A DNA stretch of 64,000 bases, taken from NCBI GenBank assembly GCA_949284545.1, contig CASDVX010000071.1, positions 8,845 through 72,844 of the forward strand, given 5' to 3'. Positions 9,149 to 19,802 of this stretch are shown here, in pieces. Position 1 is the first letter of the stretch. Each line of letters starts with the position of its first letter. The notes beneath the pieces are model-generated. The model was given only the letters and a program-made list of their open reading frames with translations. It did not search any database and was not told where the DNA came from. The stretch comes from an uncultured Eubacteriales bacterium. GTDB taxonomy: Bacteria; Bacillota; Clostridia; Oscillospirales; CAJFTT01. Position numbers and translations under genes: made by a program.

Positions 9149-9991
9149 GTGAGAGAGGTTTCATGCAGCGTGATAACACAAAAGGTAAGGAACTTGTTTT
9201 TGCAGGCAAATACGAATTTGCCCACAGATATAGTGGACTGTATTTACAAGTGCGCAAAAACAGAGACTTCTCCGACGGCGTCGTCGTGTTTTGAAGACAT
9301 GATAGAGAACTTTAAATTAGCCAAGGACAACGGCCTTCCTATCTGCCAGGATACCGGTATGGCGGTTGTGTTTGCCGAAATAGGGCAGGAGGTTGTTCTC
9401 ACTGACGGGAACTTCGAGGAGGCGGTTAACGAAGGTGTGAGACGCGCCTACGCCGACGGAGCGTTCAGGTGTTCAGTGGTTGCCGACCCGCTTAGGAGGG
9501 TCAATACAAACGACAACACCCCCGCCATCATTTTTACGCGCATTGTCCCGGGCTGCAGCGTGAAGCTTACCGCTGCGCCTAAAGGCTTTGGCAGTGAAAA
9601 CATGAGCCGTCAGGCAATGTTTACCCCGGCTGCAGACGAAGAAAAAATCATTGATTTTGTTCGAGATACGGTGAAGCGCGCCGGCAGTAACCCGTGCCCT
9701 CCGATCATTGTAGGTGTGGGAATAGGTGGGGATTTTGAATATTCCGCGTTATTATCAAAAATCGCTTTGTGCAGGGAAGTAGACAAACGTAACACAGATC
9801 CGTATTACGCCGAACTTGAAGAGCGGATGCTTCAGGCCGTAAACTCATTGGGAATAGGGCCACAGGGATTTGGCGGTGACGTAACAGCGCTTGCCGTGAA
9901 CATTGAAACGTTTCCCACGCATATCGCCGGGTTGCCGGTGGCAGTTAACATAGGTTGCCACGTGACGAGGCACGCAAGTACAGTCATATGA
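9149..9991 (+). CDS. Fe-S type hydro-lyase, alpha subunit (class I fumarate hydratase / L-tartrate dehydratase alpha-like)
   Basis: GLPICQDTGMAVVF and VGVGIGGDFE motifs at ~280 aa. GTG start with an AGGAGGG RBS. No beta-subunit gene follows. Confidence 0.75.
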   Translation: MREVSCSVITQKVRNLFLQANTNLPTDIVDCIYKCAKTETSPTASSCFEDMIENFKLAKDNGLPICQDTGMAVVFAEIGQEVVLTDGNFEEAVNEGVRRAYADGAFRCSVVADPLRRVNTNDNTPAIIFTRIVPGCSVKLTAAPKGFGSENMSRQAMFTPAADEEKIIDFVRDTVKRAGSNPCPPIIVGVGIGGDFEYSALLSKIALCREVDKRNTDPYYAELEERMLQAVNSLGIGPQGFGGDVTALAVNIETFPTHIAGLPVAVNIGCHVTRHASTVI

Positions 9992-10001
9992 CATAGAAGG
10001 A

Positions 10002-11126
10002 ATGATAAATATGTTTGACGTTATCGTGCCATGCATGTTCGGATTGGAATCGGTGGTATCTTTTGAAGCGGAGAGCTTGGGTTTTTTCAACGTCCGTGCG
10101 GAAAACGGAAGGGTAAGATTCAACTGCGACGGGGAAGGAATTGCACGTGCCAATATAGGGCTTCGCACAGGGGAGCGCGTTTTACTGTGTTTGGCTGAGT
10201 TTAGGGCGGAGACATTTGAAGAACTGTTTCAGGGTGTGAAAAATATTGATTGGCAGGAATGGATAGGAATTACCGATAAGTTTCCGGTAAAAGGATATTC
10301 AATAAACTCGACTCTGCACAGCGTACCGGACTGTCAGGCAATAATAAAAAAAGCAGTCGTGGAAAAACTTAAATCAGTCCACAACATTTCTTGGTTTGAG
10401 GAATCGGGGAATTTGTACCAGATACAGTTTTCAATCATGAAGGACATGGTGTCTGTAATGCTTGATACGACCGGAACGCCGCTTCATAAAAGGGGGTACC
10501 GCGAGGTTTCGTCAGCGGCGCCCATAAAGGAAACGATTGCTGCGGGGCTCATAGACATCGCCAGATATAAAGGAGATGTTCCGATGCACGACCCGATGTG
10601 CGGCAGCGGAACGTTCGTAATTGAGGCTGCCATGCGTATAAAGAAGGCGGCTCCAGGGCTTTACAGACATTTTGTCTCTGAACAGTGGCCGTTGATTTCC
10701 TCTGAGGCGTGGGAAAGAGTTAGGGAGGAGATGAAGTCCGCGATATCGCGCCCTGCTGTTACCGTAACAGGCAGCGATATAGATGCTTCGGTGGTTGAGA
10801 TTGCTAAGAGTAACGCTGAAAAGGCGCATGTTGACGATGTAACAGACTTTTTTGTTGCTGATGTACGCGATGTAAAGATAGAGGACGGGGCCACAATAAT
10901 TACAAATCCGCCGTACGGTGAGCGACTCCTTGATGTTGAATCGGCTCGCGAACTCTACAGACGTATGGGCAGGGCGTTTGCTCCGGACAAACATAAATCA
11001 TTTATAATAAGTCAGGACGACGAATTCGAAAAATTTTTTGGCAGGCCGGCGGATAAAAAACGTAAAATTTATAACGGCATGATTAGGTGCTATTATTATC
11101 AGTATTTCAAATCTGTGCAAAAATGA
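10002..11126 (+). CDS. THUMP-domain class I SAM-dependent RNA methyltransferase (RlmL/YpsC-like)
   Basis: N-terminal THUMP-like region, SAM-binding DPMCGSGTFVIEA and the catalytic NPPYGERL motif. Confidence 0.8.
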   Translation: MINMFDVIVPCMFGLESVVSFEAESLGFFNVRAENGRVRFNCDGEGIARANIGLRTGERVLLCLAEFRAETFEELFQGVKNIDWQEWIGITDKFPVKGYSINSTLHSVPDCQAIIKKAVVEKLKSVHNISWFEESGNLYQIQFSIMKDMVSVMLDTTGTPLHKRGYREVSSAAPIKETIAAGLIDIARYKGDVPMHDPMCGSGTFVIEAAMRIKKAAPGLYRHFVSEQWPLISSEAWERVREEMKSAISRPAVTVTGSDIDASVVEIAKSNAEKAHVDDVTDFFVADVRDVKIEDGATIITNPPYGERLLDVESARELYRRMGRAFAPDKHKSFIISQDDEFEKFFGRPADKKRKIYNGMIRCYYYQYFKSVQK

Positions 11127-11146
11127 AAAAATAACCAATTTTCGTA

Positions 11147-11175
11147 TTGACAAATTTTATAAGGCATAGTACAAT
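11147..11175 (+). promoter_or_regulatory. Sigma-A type promoter of groES-groEL
   Basis: TTGACA (11147-11152), a 17-nt spacer and TACAAT (11170-11175), immediately upstream of CIRCE. Confidence 0.7.
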
Positions 11176-11178
11176 GTA

Positions 11179-11205
11179 TTAGCACTCAGATAACATGAGT
11201 GCTAA
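11179..11205. promoter_or_regulatory. CIRCE operator (HrcA binding site)
   Basis: TTAGCACTC-AGATAACAT-GAGTGCTAA is a perfect match to the CIRCE consensus TTAGCACTC-N9-GAGTGCTAA. It lies 24 nt upstream of the groES start. Confidence 0.95.
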
Positions 11206-11213
11206 AATCTTGA

Positions 11214-11513
<300 letters not shown>

Positions 11514-11524
11514 TAAGGAGTTGA

Positions 11525-13165
<1,641 letters not shown>

Positions 13166-13254
13166 CGAAACAGCGGTACGTGCCAAGGTAGTGGAATCGT
13201 ACCTACTTCCATATCGTACTGAAAGCACCGGGAGGTTTCCTCGGCTGCATTAAC

Positions 13255-13300
13255 ACCGTCCTTTGAATACTTTGCGGTATTCAAAGGACGGTTTCTTTAT
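13255..13300. terminator. Hairpin terminator shared by the convergent groEL and symporter genes
   Basis: 16-bp perfect stem ACCGTCCTTTGAATAC / GTATTCAAAGGACGGT with a 6-nt loop, then TTCTTTAT on the + strand. The stem overlaps the stop codon of the minus-strand gene. Confidence 0.75.
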
Positions 13301-14600
13301 CGTCCGGCGCATTACCGGAATCCTCATCGGTTTTTACATGGTTACTCAGTAGAATTATAACAGGCAGATTTATCAGAAGCATGATACCGTTGAGGATATC
13401 ACATACCATATGCAAGGTATTAAATTCAAAAAATACGGATACAGCAGCGACTGAAACGAAAATAATTTTATATGCAAATACCGACTTTTTTTTGTTTGTT
13501 ATGTGGCGTATGGCCTGCGTGCCGTAATACGACCAACATATTAGAGTTGCCATTGCAAAGACTGTTACGGATACGGTAATAAACAATCCGCCAAAGGACC
13601 GGTAGCAGCTGATAAATGCATCATACGTTGCGCCTGCCGGGGCGGAAAGCGAAAGATCAATTCCTGAGCATAATACCGAAAGCGCTGTTAGCGTGCAAAT
13701 GACGATAGTGTCGAAAAATACCTCAAAAATTCCCCAGAGCCCCTGCTTTGCCCCGTTTTGTTCATCTGTCATGGACAAGACTATACTTGAGCTTCCCATG
13801 CCGGCTTCGTTGCTGAAAACGCCCTGAGCGACGCCGACACTGATACAATGTTTTACAGTACCTCCCGCTGCGGCACCGGCTACCGAACCGACATTGAGTG
13901 CTTGGGAAAAAATTGTTTCAAAAGCTGTAGGCAGAGATGAGATGTTCATACATATTATGCCGACACACCCGGCAATATAAATGACGGATATTATTGGAAT
14001 TATACGCTCGGCGGAACCGGATACTGCGCTGTCGCCTTTCAGTATAATTACGGCAAACGGAATCAGTATTGCAACCGTCATAAGCCACGGCATCGGGAAC
14101 CCCATACCGGTAAAGCATTCCTTTACCGCCCCGATTTGTATGCTGTTGCCTATGCCGAATGAAGCTGCTACGGTGACAAGTGCAAAGAAAATTGCAAGCC
14201 GCGGAAATTTCAGACCGTTCTTTATATAGCCCATAGCTCCGTATGAGTTTTGATCTTTGAACTTCACAGCTAAAAAAATTTCTGCGTACTTTATTCCCAT
14301 CCCTATGAATGCAGCAACCCACATCCAGAAAACGGCTCCGGCTCCGCCGATAACTATAGCGGTACCGACGCCGATAATATTTCCTACACCCATCGTTCCG
14401 GCCAGCGCCGTGGCAAGAGCGGCAAACGGGGAAAGCCCTCCGAATTTTTTGCGTTTTTCAAAAGGCAACATGAGGGCAGGAGCGAGTTTCCTAATTTGGA
14501 CAAATCTGCATCTGATAAGTAAAATAACACCGCACAGAGCAGTCAGCGCGAGAGTCCCATTTCCCCAAATCAAGCTGTATAAAGAATTGAGCATATACAA
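13281..14600 (-). CDS. Alanine/glycine:cation symporter (AGCS family amino acid carrier)
   Basis: 439 aa and polytopic, with the LAGTMGVGNIIGVGTAIVIGGAGAVFWMW signature. Confidence 0.85.
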   Translation of the reverse strand: MYMLNSLYSLIWGNGTLALTALCGVILLIRCRFVQIRKLAPALMLPFEKRKKFGGLSPFAALATALAGTMGVGNIIGVGTAIVIGGAGAVFWMWVAAFIGMGIKYAEIFLAVKFKDQNSYGAMGYIKNGLKFPRLAIFFALVTVAASFGIGNSIQIGAVKECFTGMGFPMPWLMTVAILIPFAVIILKGDSAVSGSAERIIPIISVIYIAGCVGIICMNISSLPTAFETIFSQALNVGSVAGAAAGGTVKHCISVGVAQGVFSNEAGMGSSSIVLSMTDEQNGAKQGLWGIFEVFFDTIVICTLTALSVLCSGIDLSLSAPAGATYDAFISCYRSFGGLFITVSVTVFAMATLICWSYYGTQAIRHITNKKKSVFAYKIIFVSVAAVSVFFEFNTLHMVCDILNGIMLLINLPVIILLSNHVKTDEDSGNAPDDKETVL

Positions 14601-14633
14601 TCACCGTGAAAGTATATGCTAAAAAAAAACAAA

Positions 14634-14900
14634 TTAATTGTCTGATTTTTTGACCTGGACCATACAGTATTCTGACAGGGCGGCAGCTAAAAACGTACAG
14701 ATAATGAAAGCATATCCCGATGTAATAAGCTGATTCCCAAGCTCAAAATTACTTAAATGGATGTTGAATTTTATGGGCTCGTAGTATATAATTATTCCTG
14801 ACAGCAGGAATAGAATTGCAAGAGTCATTCCTATATACAATATGTACCGTGTTACAGACGATAATTCTGATATTTTAAATTTTAAAAAGCGTTTTTTCAT
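14634..14900 (-). CDS. Small hypothetical membrane protein
   Basis: An ORF with two predicted TM helices upstream of the symporter. The ATG at 14900 (MKKRFLKF) is preferred. No recognisable family. Confidence 0.4.
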   Translation of the reverse strand: MKKRFLKFKISELSSVTRYILYIGMTLAILFLLSGIIIYYEPIKFNIHLSNFELGNQLITSGYAFIICTFLAAALSEYCMVQVKKSDN

Positions 14901-15064
14901 ACACACACCCCACAAGGCATTAGTCAGGTAATTCTGCCTGAATCAATGATAACATTTTTTTGTGCGATATCAACAGGATATTACAGGAAAACCTTAAATT
15001 TGTCTGTTTTTGACACATTGAGACATTGCTAAATTGTAAATATTTCATCAATAAATATTCAGCA

Positions 15065-15100
15065 GCACAATATATATTATTTTAAAACTATATATTGTGC
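15065..15100. promoter_or_regulatory. Tandem NrdR-box-like sites inside a 46-bp inverted repeat
   Basis: GCACAATATATATTAT (15065-15080) matches the NrdR box consensus acaCwAtATaTwGtgt at 13/16 positions, and AAACTATATATTGTGC (15085-15100) at 14/16. Both sit inside the perfect 17-bp inverted repeat CAGCAGCACAATATATA / TATATATTGTGCTGCTG (15060-15105), in a divergent intergenic region upstream of nrdR. Confidence 0.55.
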
Positions 15101-15129
15101 TGCTGTCGATAATTGTCGATTTATTTTGC

Positions 15130-15159
15130 TTTACATTCCGGGGCTTGCAGTGTTATAAT
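15130..15159 (+). promoter_or_regulatory. Putative sigma-A promoter of the small ORF-nrdR operon
   Basis: TTTACA (15130-15135), an 18-nt spacer, and TGTTATAAT, an extended -10 element with TATAAT at 15154-15159. Confidence 0.55.
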
Positions 15160-15192
15160 TTCCGCAGATAAGTATTGGAGAGGGGAATTATA

Positions 15193-15456
15193 ATGTACTG
15201 CAAAGAGATTCTTTCACCGGACGCTGTGATTTCCACTGAGGTCATCGAAATTTATTCCGATATTGAAGGCGAGTGTGTGCTTGAATACGGAATAGAAGTC
15301 ACGTTGTCTGTAGGTGAAAAGATTGTGTCACGTTGTGTTATTCCCGGTATTTCCAACGATATTTCGTTTGTACGTGAGATTGCCCGGAAATTGGCAGATG
15401 ATAGGGTGACGCCGGCACGTTGCGCAGAGTATGTTGAAAATGAGTTGTCAAAATAA
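15193..15456 (+). CDS. Hypothetical protein (87 aa) co-oriented with nrdR
   Basis: GGAGAGGGG RBS before the ATG at 15193, with only 24 nt to the nrdR start. No recognisable motif. Confidence 0.5.
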   Translation: MYCKEILSPDAVISTEVIEIYSDIEGECVLEYGIEVTLSVGEKIVSRCVIPGISNDISFVREIARKLADDRVTPARCAEYVENELSK

Positions 15457-15480
15457 TCAGCAATGCGAGGAGAGAAAGCT

Positions 15481-15936
15481 ATGAAATGCCCCTACTGTGG
15501 TTATCAGGAAAGCAGGGTTGTTGACTCACGTCCTTCTGAGGACAACGGAAAAATCCGCAGGAGAAGAGAATGCCTTAAATGCGGAAAACGTTTTACTACA
15601 TATGAAATCATTGAAAGCGTTCCCGTGATGGTTATTAAGAAGGATCGCACGAGAGAAGTTTTCAGCCGTGAAAAGCTCCTTAAAGGGCTGCTTTCCGCAT
15701 GCTATAAACGACCGGTGTCTTTGGAAGAGCTTGAAAATATAGTGAATGAGGTAGAAAGTTCTATACAGAATTCCTTGGATAGAGAAATTGAATCCAGACG
15801 AATCGGTGAGCTTGCCATGAGCATGCTGAAGGATATCGATGAAATAGCATATGTTCGTTTTGCGTCGGTGTACAGACAATTCAAGGATATAAATACATTC
15901 AGGGATGAACTGAATAAGCTGCTTGAAGAACACTGA
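15481..15936 (+). CDS. nrdR: Transcriptional repressor NrdR
   Basis: MKCPYCG...[12 protein letters not shown] zinc ribbon followed by an ATP-cone domain. ~151 aa. Confidence 0.95.
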   Translation: MKCPYCGYQESRVVDSRPSEDNGKIRRRRECLKCGKRFTTYEIIESVPVMVIKKDRTREVFSREKLLKGLLSACYKRPVSLEELENIVNEVESSIQNSLDREIESRRIGELAMSMLKDIDEIAYVRFASVYRQFKDINTFRDELNKLLEEH

Positions 15937-15972
15937 ACGTAAGAGTAAATGTGGGCATCTTCACAGCGTTAA

Positions 15973-16017
15973 AGGACAGCGTTTTCGGAAACTCCCGGAA
16001 ACGCTGTCCTGTTTTTA
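15973..16017. terminator. Terminator hairpin between the convergent nrdR and DUF4363 genes
   Basis: AGGACAGCGTTTTCGG / CCGGAAACGCTGTCCT stem (one mismatch) followed by GTTTTT. Confidence 0.8.
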
Positions 16018-16049
16018 CTTTTAAGTTGTATAAATCAAAACGCTTTCAA

Positions 16050-16430
16050 CTAAAGAATGTTCTCAAAACTTATCTTTTCTTCATGCAAAATTATATTAAG
16101 TCTGGTCAAGATGTTGTATATTTCGGCTAAACTGTCGTTCTGGCTTTGATTTTCCACATAAGCTTTGAGCCTCTGCAACGAAAGTACAATTTCGTCCAGA
16201 CGCACGTGTGGGGTATATGCTGACATAATTTTACTGCTTGTTTTGAAATATTTGACCATCTCGTCTACTAGTTCGAGTGCGCACTCGTAATCCTCAATTT
16301 TTACGGCCTCCTCGACGCGATCGGCAAGTGAGTGCATCTTGTCCACGGATGCCGCAGTGTATAATTGGGTAAAAATTACGGCTGCTGTTACAATGGCCAG
16401 CAAAAGTGCTCCCAATATATATTTTTTCAT
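16050..16430 (-). CDS. DUF4363 family protein
   Basis: 126 aa with an N-terminal signal-anchor then a helical domain. It shows the typical pairing downstream of a DUF421 gene. Confidence 0.6.
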   Translation of the reverse strand: MKKYILGALLLAIVTAAVIFTQLYTAASVDKMHSLADRVEEAVKIEDYECALELVDEMVKYFKTSSKIMSAYTPHVRLDEIVLSLQRLKAYVENQSQNDSLAEIYNILTRLNIILHEEKISFENIL

Positions 16431-16455
16431 AATCTCTCACCTATGAAATTTAACA

Positions 16456-17094
16456 TTATTCTTTTTCCTTGTAGACAATGTTGATATTTCCGCAGTTATT
16501 GACAGACATAAGAAAAACATCTCCCACCGCCAACGACCTTGACTTAAGATTTTTCATTATCCATTTTTCATCATGCCCGAAAAAGTCAAGATTTTTTTTG
16601 ATTATTTCTCCGTCACATATTACCGGAATAAAGAATCCACCTGTATCTGCATTATTATTTGGAAAAAAGCTTATATCACCGTTATTTTCCAGCACCGCAT
16701 AATCTATCTGTGAAGGATCGCTGTATCCCTGAAGTCTCATTGCCTCGACCAAATCGTCAAGGGTTATGTTTGAATTATGCAGGGCTTTTTGAATTATTTG
16801 CCCGCCCTTTATCAGAGCTACAGGATTGCCCGTTATGATCCTGCGTATCTGATGACGTTTCATGACGATTGCCGACAGTATGACCTCAAGAGCAATTATA
16901 GTTATCAAGGGAATAATACCACCCACGAGGGGAAGGGAAGTATCCTGCATGGGTACCGCGGCGATATCCGATATCAGCATCATTACCACAAGATCAAAAG
17001 GCTGCAATTCACCGATCTGCCTTTTGCCCATGAGCCGTACTCCGAACAAAACAAAAATATATATAACGGCCGTACGTATGAAAGAGACGCCCAT
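16456..17094 (-). CDS. DUF421 (YetF-like) membrane protein
   Basis: The N-terminal TM region with GKRQIGELQPFDLVVMMLI matches DUF421. GAGGTG RBS precedes the ATG at 17094. Confidence 0.75.
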   Translation of the reverse strand: MGVSFIRTAVIYIFVLFGVRLMGKRQIGELQPFDLVVMMLISDIAAVPMQDTSLPLVGGIIPLITIIALEVILSAIVMKRHQIRRIITGNPVALIKGGQIIQKALHNSNITLDDLVEAMRLQGYSDPSQIDYAVLENNGDISFFPNNNADTGGFFIPVICDGEIIKKNLDFFGHDEKWIMKNLKSRSLAVGDVFLMSVNNCGNINIVYKEKE

Positions 17095-17249
17095 TTTTTT
17101 CACCTCGCCGTTATTATTTTCAAAATTGACTTTATAATACAATGGTACTTATCTACGTTTGAGAGCATTAAAATCATTTTTGACGGCGTCGATTTATAAA
17201 TGCTGCAAGAGACTGCATGCGCACGGAAATACCGGGTCTTTGGAAAATA

Positions 17250-17299
17250 AATATGCGCGTCAGAACGTTTCCAAGATCTAACGTTTTGACACGCATATT
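17250..17299 (-). terminator. Terminator downstream of the chrA pair
   Basis: 20-bp stem AATATGCGCGTCAGAACGTT / AACGTTTTGACACGCATATT (two positions are G-U compatible) with a 10-nt loop, followed on the minus strand by TATTTATTTT. Confidence 0.7.
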
Positions 17300-17363
17300 A
17301 TTATGTCACCAGCGGATAAATTGAAGGTAAAACCAACCGTACAGAAACGCTTCCGGAATATCG

Positions 17364-17933
17364 TCAAATAATTGAAAATACGTAATACAAAGCCAGTCCG
17401 GCGGCCCCTGTTAACAGCATTACCGTGATCGGACTCAATTTGAATTTTCTGAGCACGATAAACCCGACGGCAGACAGGCTCATGGCGATGAAGTCAGGAA
17501 AGTCCAGAGAAAGAATACTTGAAGACCCAAAAACACTGAGCATCAGCAGCGAAAAGGCTGCACTGCCGATTAAACCCGCAACCACGGGATGAATTATTAC
17601 CATGGTATCGTTAACAAAAGAGGTGTGTTTATATTTTTTGTAAAAATAAGCGATAACAGACACGATAATTATGGATGGAAGCACGCTTCCGAGAGTCGCA
17701 ACGACTGCTCCCCAAGGGCCGCCGATACGCGTACCCACAAAAGTTGCCGTGTTAATAACGATCGGCCCAGGGGTCATCTGAGATATGGAAATCAAATCAC
17801 CGAATTCACCCATGCTGAGCCAATGGTATTGATCAACGACCTTTGACTGTATCAGCGGTATGCAGGCGTATCCGCCGCCGAATCCGAATAGACCTACTTG
17901 GGCAAAAATCAGAAACAATTCCAGATAAACCAT
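17364..17933 (-). CDS. chrA: Chromate transporter (CHR family) half-size subunit
   Basis: 189 aa with FGFGGGYACIPL and MTPGPIVIN motifs. Paired with a second half-size chrA. Confidence 0.8.
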   Translation of the reverse strand: MVYLELFLIFAQVGLFGFGGGYACIPLIQSKVVDQYHWLSMGEFGDLISISQMTPGPIVINTATFVGTRIGGPWGAVVATLGSVLPSIIIVSVIAYFYKKYKHTSFVNDTMVIIHPVVAGLIGSAAFSLLMLSVFGSSSILSLDFPDFIAMSLSAVGFIVLRKFKLSPITVMLLTGAAGLALYYVFSII

Positions 17934-18502
17934 TACGCACGCCCATCCTTTTTATTGCGTATTGCTGTGAGCAGTAATGCGATAACAAAAGCGCCAAGCA
18001 AGACAAAGACGATATTTACCTCAAAGAAAGCGACCAGAATAAAAGTAAGCAGTATGACAAACAGCGACCGGTACTTTTTATCACGCAGGTACGGCAGCAC
18101 GAGCGAAACCGTCACGTCAGCAACGACAGCAGCAACGCCGGCCTGCATTCCCTGAAGGACCCATTGAACAACCTGATTATTTTGAACTACAGCGTACCCG
18201 TAGGACAGTACTGATAATATTGCAAAGGGCGGCAGCACGGTGCCGAGAACAGCGACAAATACGCCGGCGGCTCCGCCGAGCCTGTTTCCAACGAGTATAG
18301 ACGCATTGACCGCGACTGCCCCCGGAGCAGCCTGGGCGATAGCGGTATAATCGAGCATTTCGTCCTCCGTCAGCCAGTGCAGCTTATTCACAAATTTTGA
18401 CCGCATCAGCGTTACTATCACATATCCGCCTCCGAAGGTGAATGCGCTTAACTGCAGCATGCTTAAAAACAGCGACAAATATTTTTTAACAGCAACTTTC
18501 AA
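17933..18502 (-). CDS. chrA: Chromate transporter (CHR family) half-size subunit
   Basis: 189 aa with FTFGGGYVIV and AAPGAVAVN motifs. Its stop abuts the start of the downstream half (shared nt 17933). Confidence 0.8.
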   Translation of the reverse strand: MKVAVKKYLSLFLSMLQLSAFTFGGGYVIVTLMRSKFVNKLHWLTEDEMLDYTAIAQAAPGAVAVNASILVGNRLGGAAGVFVAVLGTVLPPFAILSVLSYGYAVVQNNQVVQWVLQGMQAGVAAVVADVTVSLVLPYLRDKKYRSLFVILLTFILVAFFEVNIVFVLLGAFVIALLLTAIRNKKDGRA

Positions 18503-18603
18503 AATCTCGCACTCCGTTCAAAGACTTATTGACTTTGTATCAAAAATATATTATACATATAACAATTGTATCGTTATTTTGTTATGGAAAGGGAAGGCGT
18601 GGC

Positions 18604-19527
18604 ATGACCATACGGCATCTGAATATATTTGTCTGCGTATACCGGGAAAAGGGTATAACAGCAGCCGCTAAAAAACTTTATATGGCGCAGCCTGCCGTCA
18701 GCCAGGTAATAAAAGATATGGAGAGGTACTATAATGTACCTCTATTCGACAGAATATCCAGGAAGCTTTATCCTACGGCGCAGGGACAGAAGCTGTATCG
18801 TTATGCAGTCGATATTCTGTCGCGCTGCGACAATATGGAAGAGGCCATGAGACAGGAAACGTCAAATGATGTGTGCATTGGTACGAGTATAACCATAGGT
18901 TCGCACATGCTTCCCGGTTACGTCAAACGAATAAAAGAAACATATCCGCATTTTAATATAGGTGTCAGGATAAACAGCTCTGAGACCGTAGAAAAAATGT
19001 TGACGGAAAACGTCATAGATTTCGGACTGATAGAAGGACAGGTGCATTCCCAGAACATTCACAGCGAAAAATTTGCCGTGGACAGACTTGTCATAATTTG
19101 CCCGCCGGAGCACAAAATTACCGGCTTAAAAAAAGTTACACTAAGCACGCTTACAGAATATCCCCTTTTGCTGCGGGAACCGGGAAGCGGGGCGAGGGAG
19201 ATATTTGATTACGCCATGCATATCAGAGGACTTTCATATGAACCGGCATGGGAAAGCGTGAGCACGCAGGCACTTGTGAACGGTGTAAAAAACGGACTTG
19301 GGATATCTGTTCTTCCTGAAAAAATGGTGGAAGAGGATGTCGGGAAGAAAAACGTGTCGGTAGTGGCGGTTAACGAAAAGTCATTTTTGCGCGAGTACCA
19401 CATTATTACCCACAAGCATAAACACCTGAGCAATGCTGCAAATTCGGTGATCGAGCTGATAAAAGCGGTCGAAAACGGCACAGAACCAGGCAGTTTTACA
19501 TCCCTCGCCGCAAATTATAACAGATAA
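18604..19527 (+). CDS. LysR family transcriptional regulator
   Basis: N-terminal HTH (GITAAAKKLYMAQPAVSQVIKDMERYY) and a LysR substrate-binding domain. Divergent from chrA. RBS GGAAGG precedes the ATG at 18604. Confidence 0.85.
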   Translation: MTIRHLNIFVCVYREKGITAAAKKLYMAQPAVSQVIKDMERYYNVPLFDRISRKLYPTAQGQKLYRYAVDILSRCDNMEEAMRQETSNDVCIGTSITIGSHMLPGYVKRIKETYPHFNIGVRINSSETVEKMLTENVIDFGLIEGQVHSQNIHSEKFAVDRLVIICPPEHKITGLKKVTLSTLTEYPLLLREPGSGAREIFDYAMHIRGLSYEPAWESVSTQALVNGVKNGLGISVLPEKMVEEDVGKKNVSVVAVNEKSFLREYHIITHKHKHLSNAANSVIELIKAVENGTEPGSFTSLAANYNR

Positions 19528-19691
19528 AAAAAACGGAATCAATATTGGAATAGATAAGATTGCATTTATATTTTTTATGATTTATATAATAATTTAAATA
19601 TATAATTATAAAGCGATGCCATAGCTTGTACAAAGTATTCCCGAAGTAAAGCACAATTTTGCCGGTTATGCTTTTAAAAAAGCTTTTTGTG

Positions 19692-19700
19692 TGCTATAAT
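19692..19700 (+). promoter_or_regulatory. Extended -10 element of the putative uvrB promoter
   Basis: TGCTATAAT (TGn-TATAAT) lies ~100 nt upstream of uvrB. The -35 is weak. Confidence 0.45.
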
Positions 19701-19802
19701 GAACTGTTGAGGAGTGCGTGCTGCACATTGTGTTTCTGGTGTACAATTATGTGAAATGACAGAATCATACAGCACGAAAGCTACAGTTTACTAAGTCAGA
19801 AT

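Noticed and set aside
13166-13254. Extra small hairpins in the groEL 3' untranslated region (GGTACG...CGTACC, CCGGGAGG...CCTCGG).
   Set aside because: The stems are short and imperfect, no promoter or U-run is associated with them, and the strong terminator at 13255-13292 explains transcript ending.
19556-19612. A very AT-rich tract (TTATGATTTATATAATAATTTAAATATATAATTATAAAG) with partial palindromes, between lysR and uvrB.
   Set aside because: It has only short imperfect symmetries and no flanking direct repeats or ORF remnants. It is consistent with ordinary AT-rich spacer or curved DNA upstream of a promoter.
19528-19802. I looked for a LexA (Cheo-type GAAC-N4-GTTC) SOS box upstream of uvrB, and also upstream of uvrA at 21786-21862.
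   Set aside because: No inverted GAAC/GTTC pair with 4-nt spacing is visible. The nearest is GAACTGTTGAGG at 19702, whose second half-site does not fit. No SOS operator is claimed.
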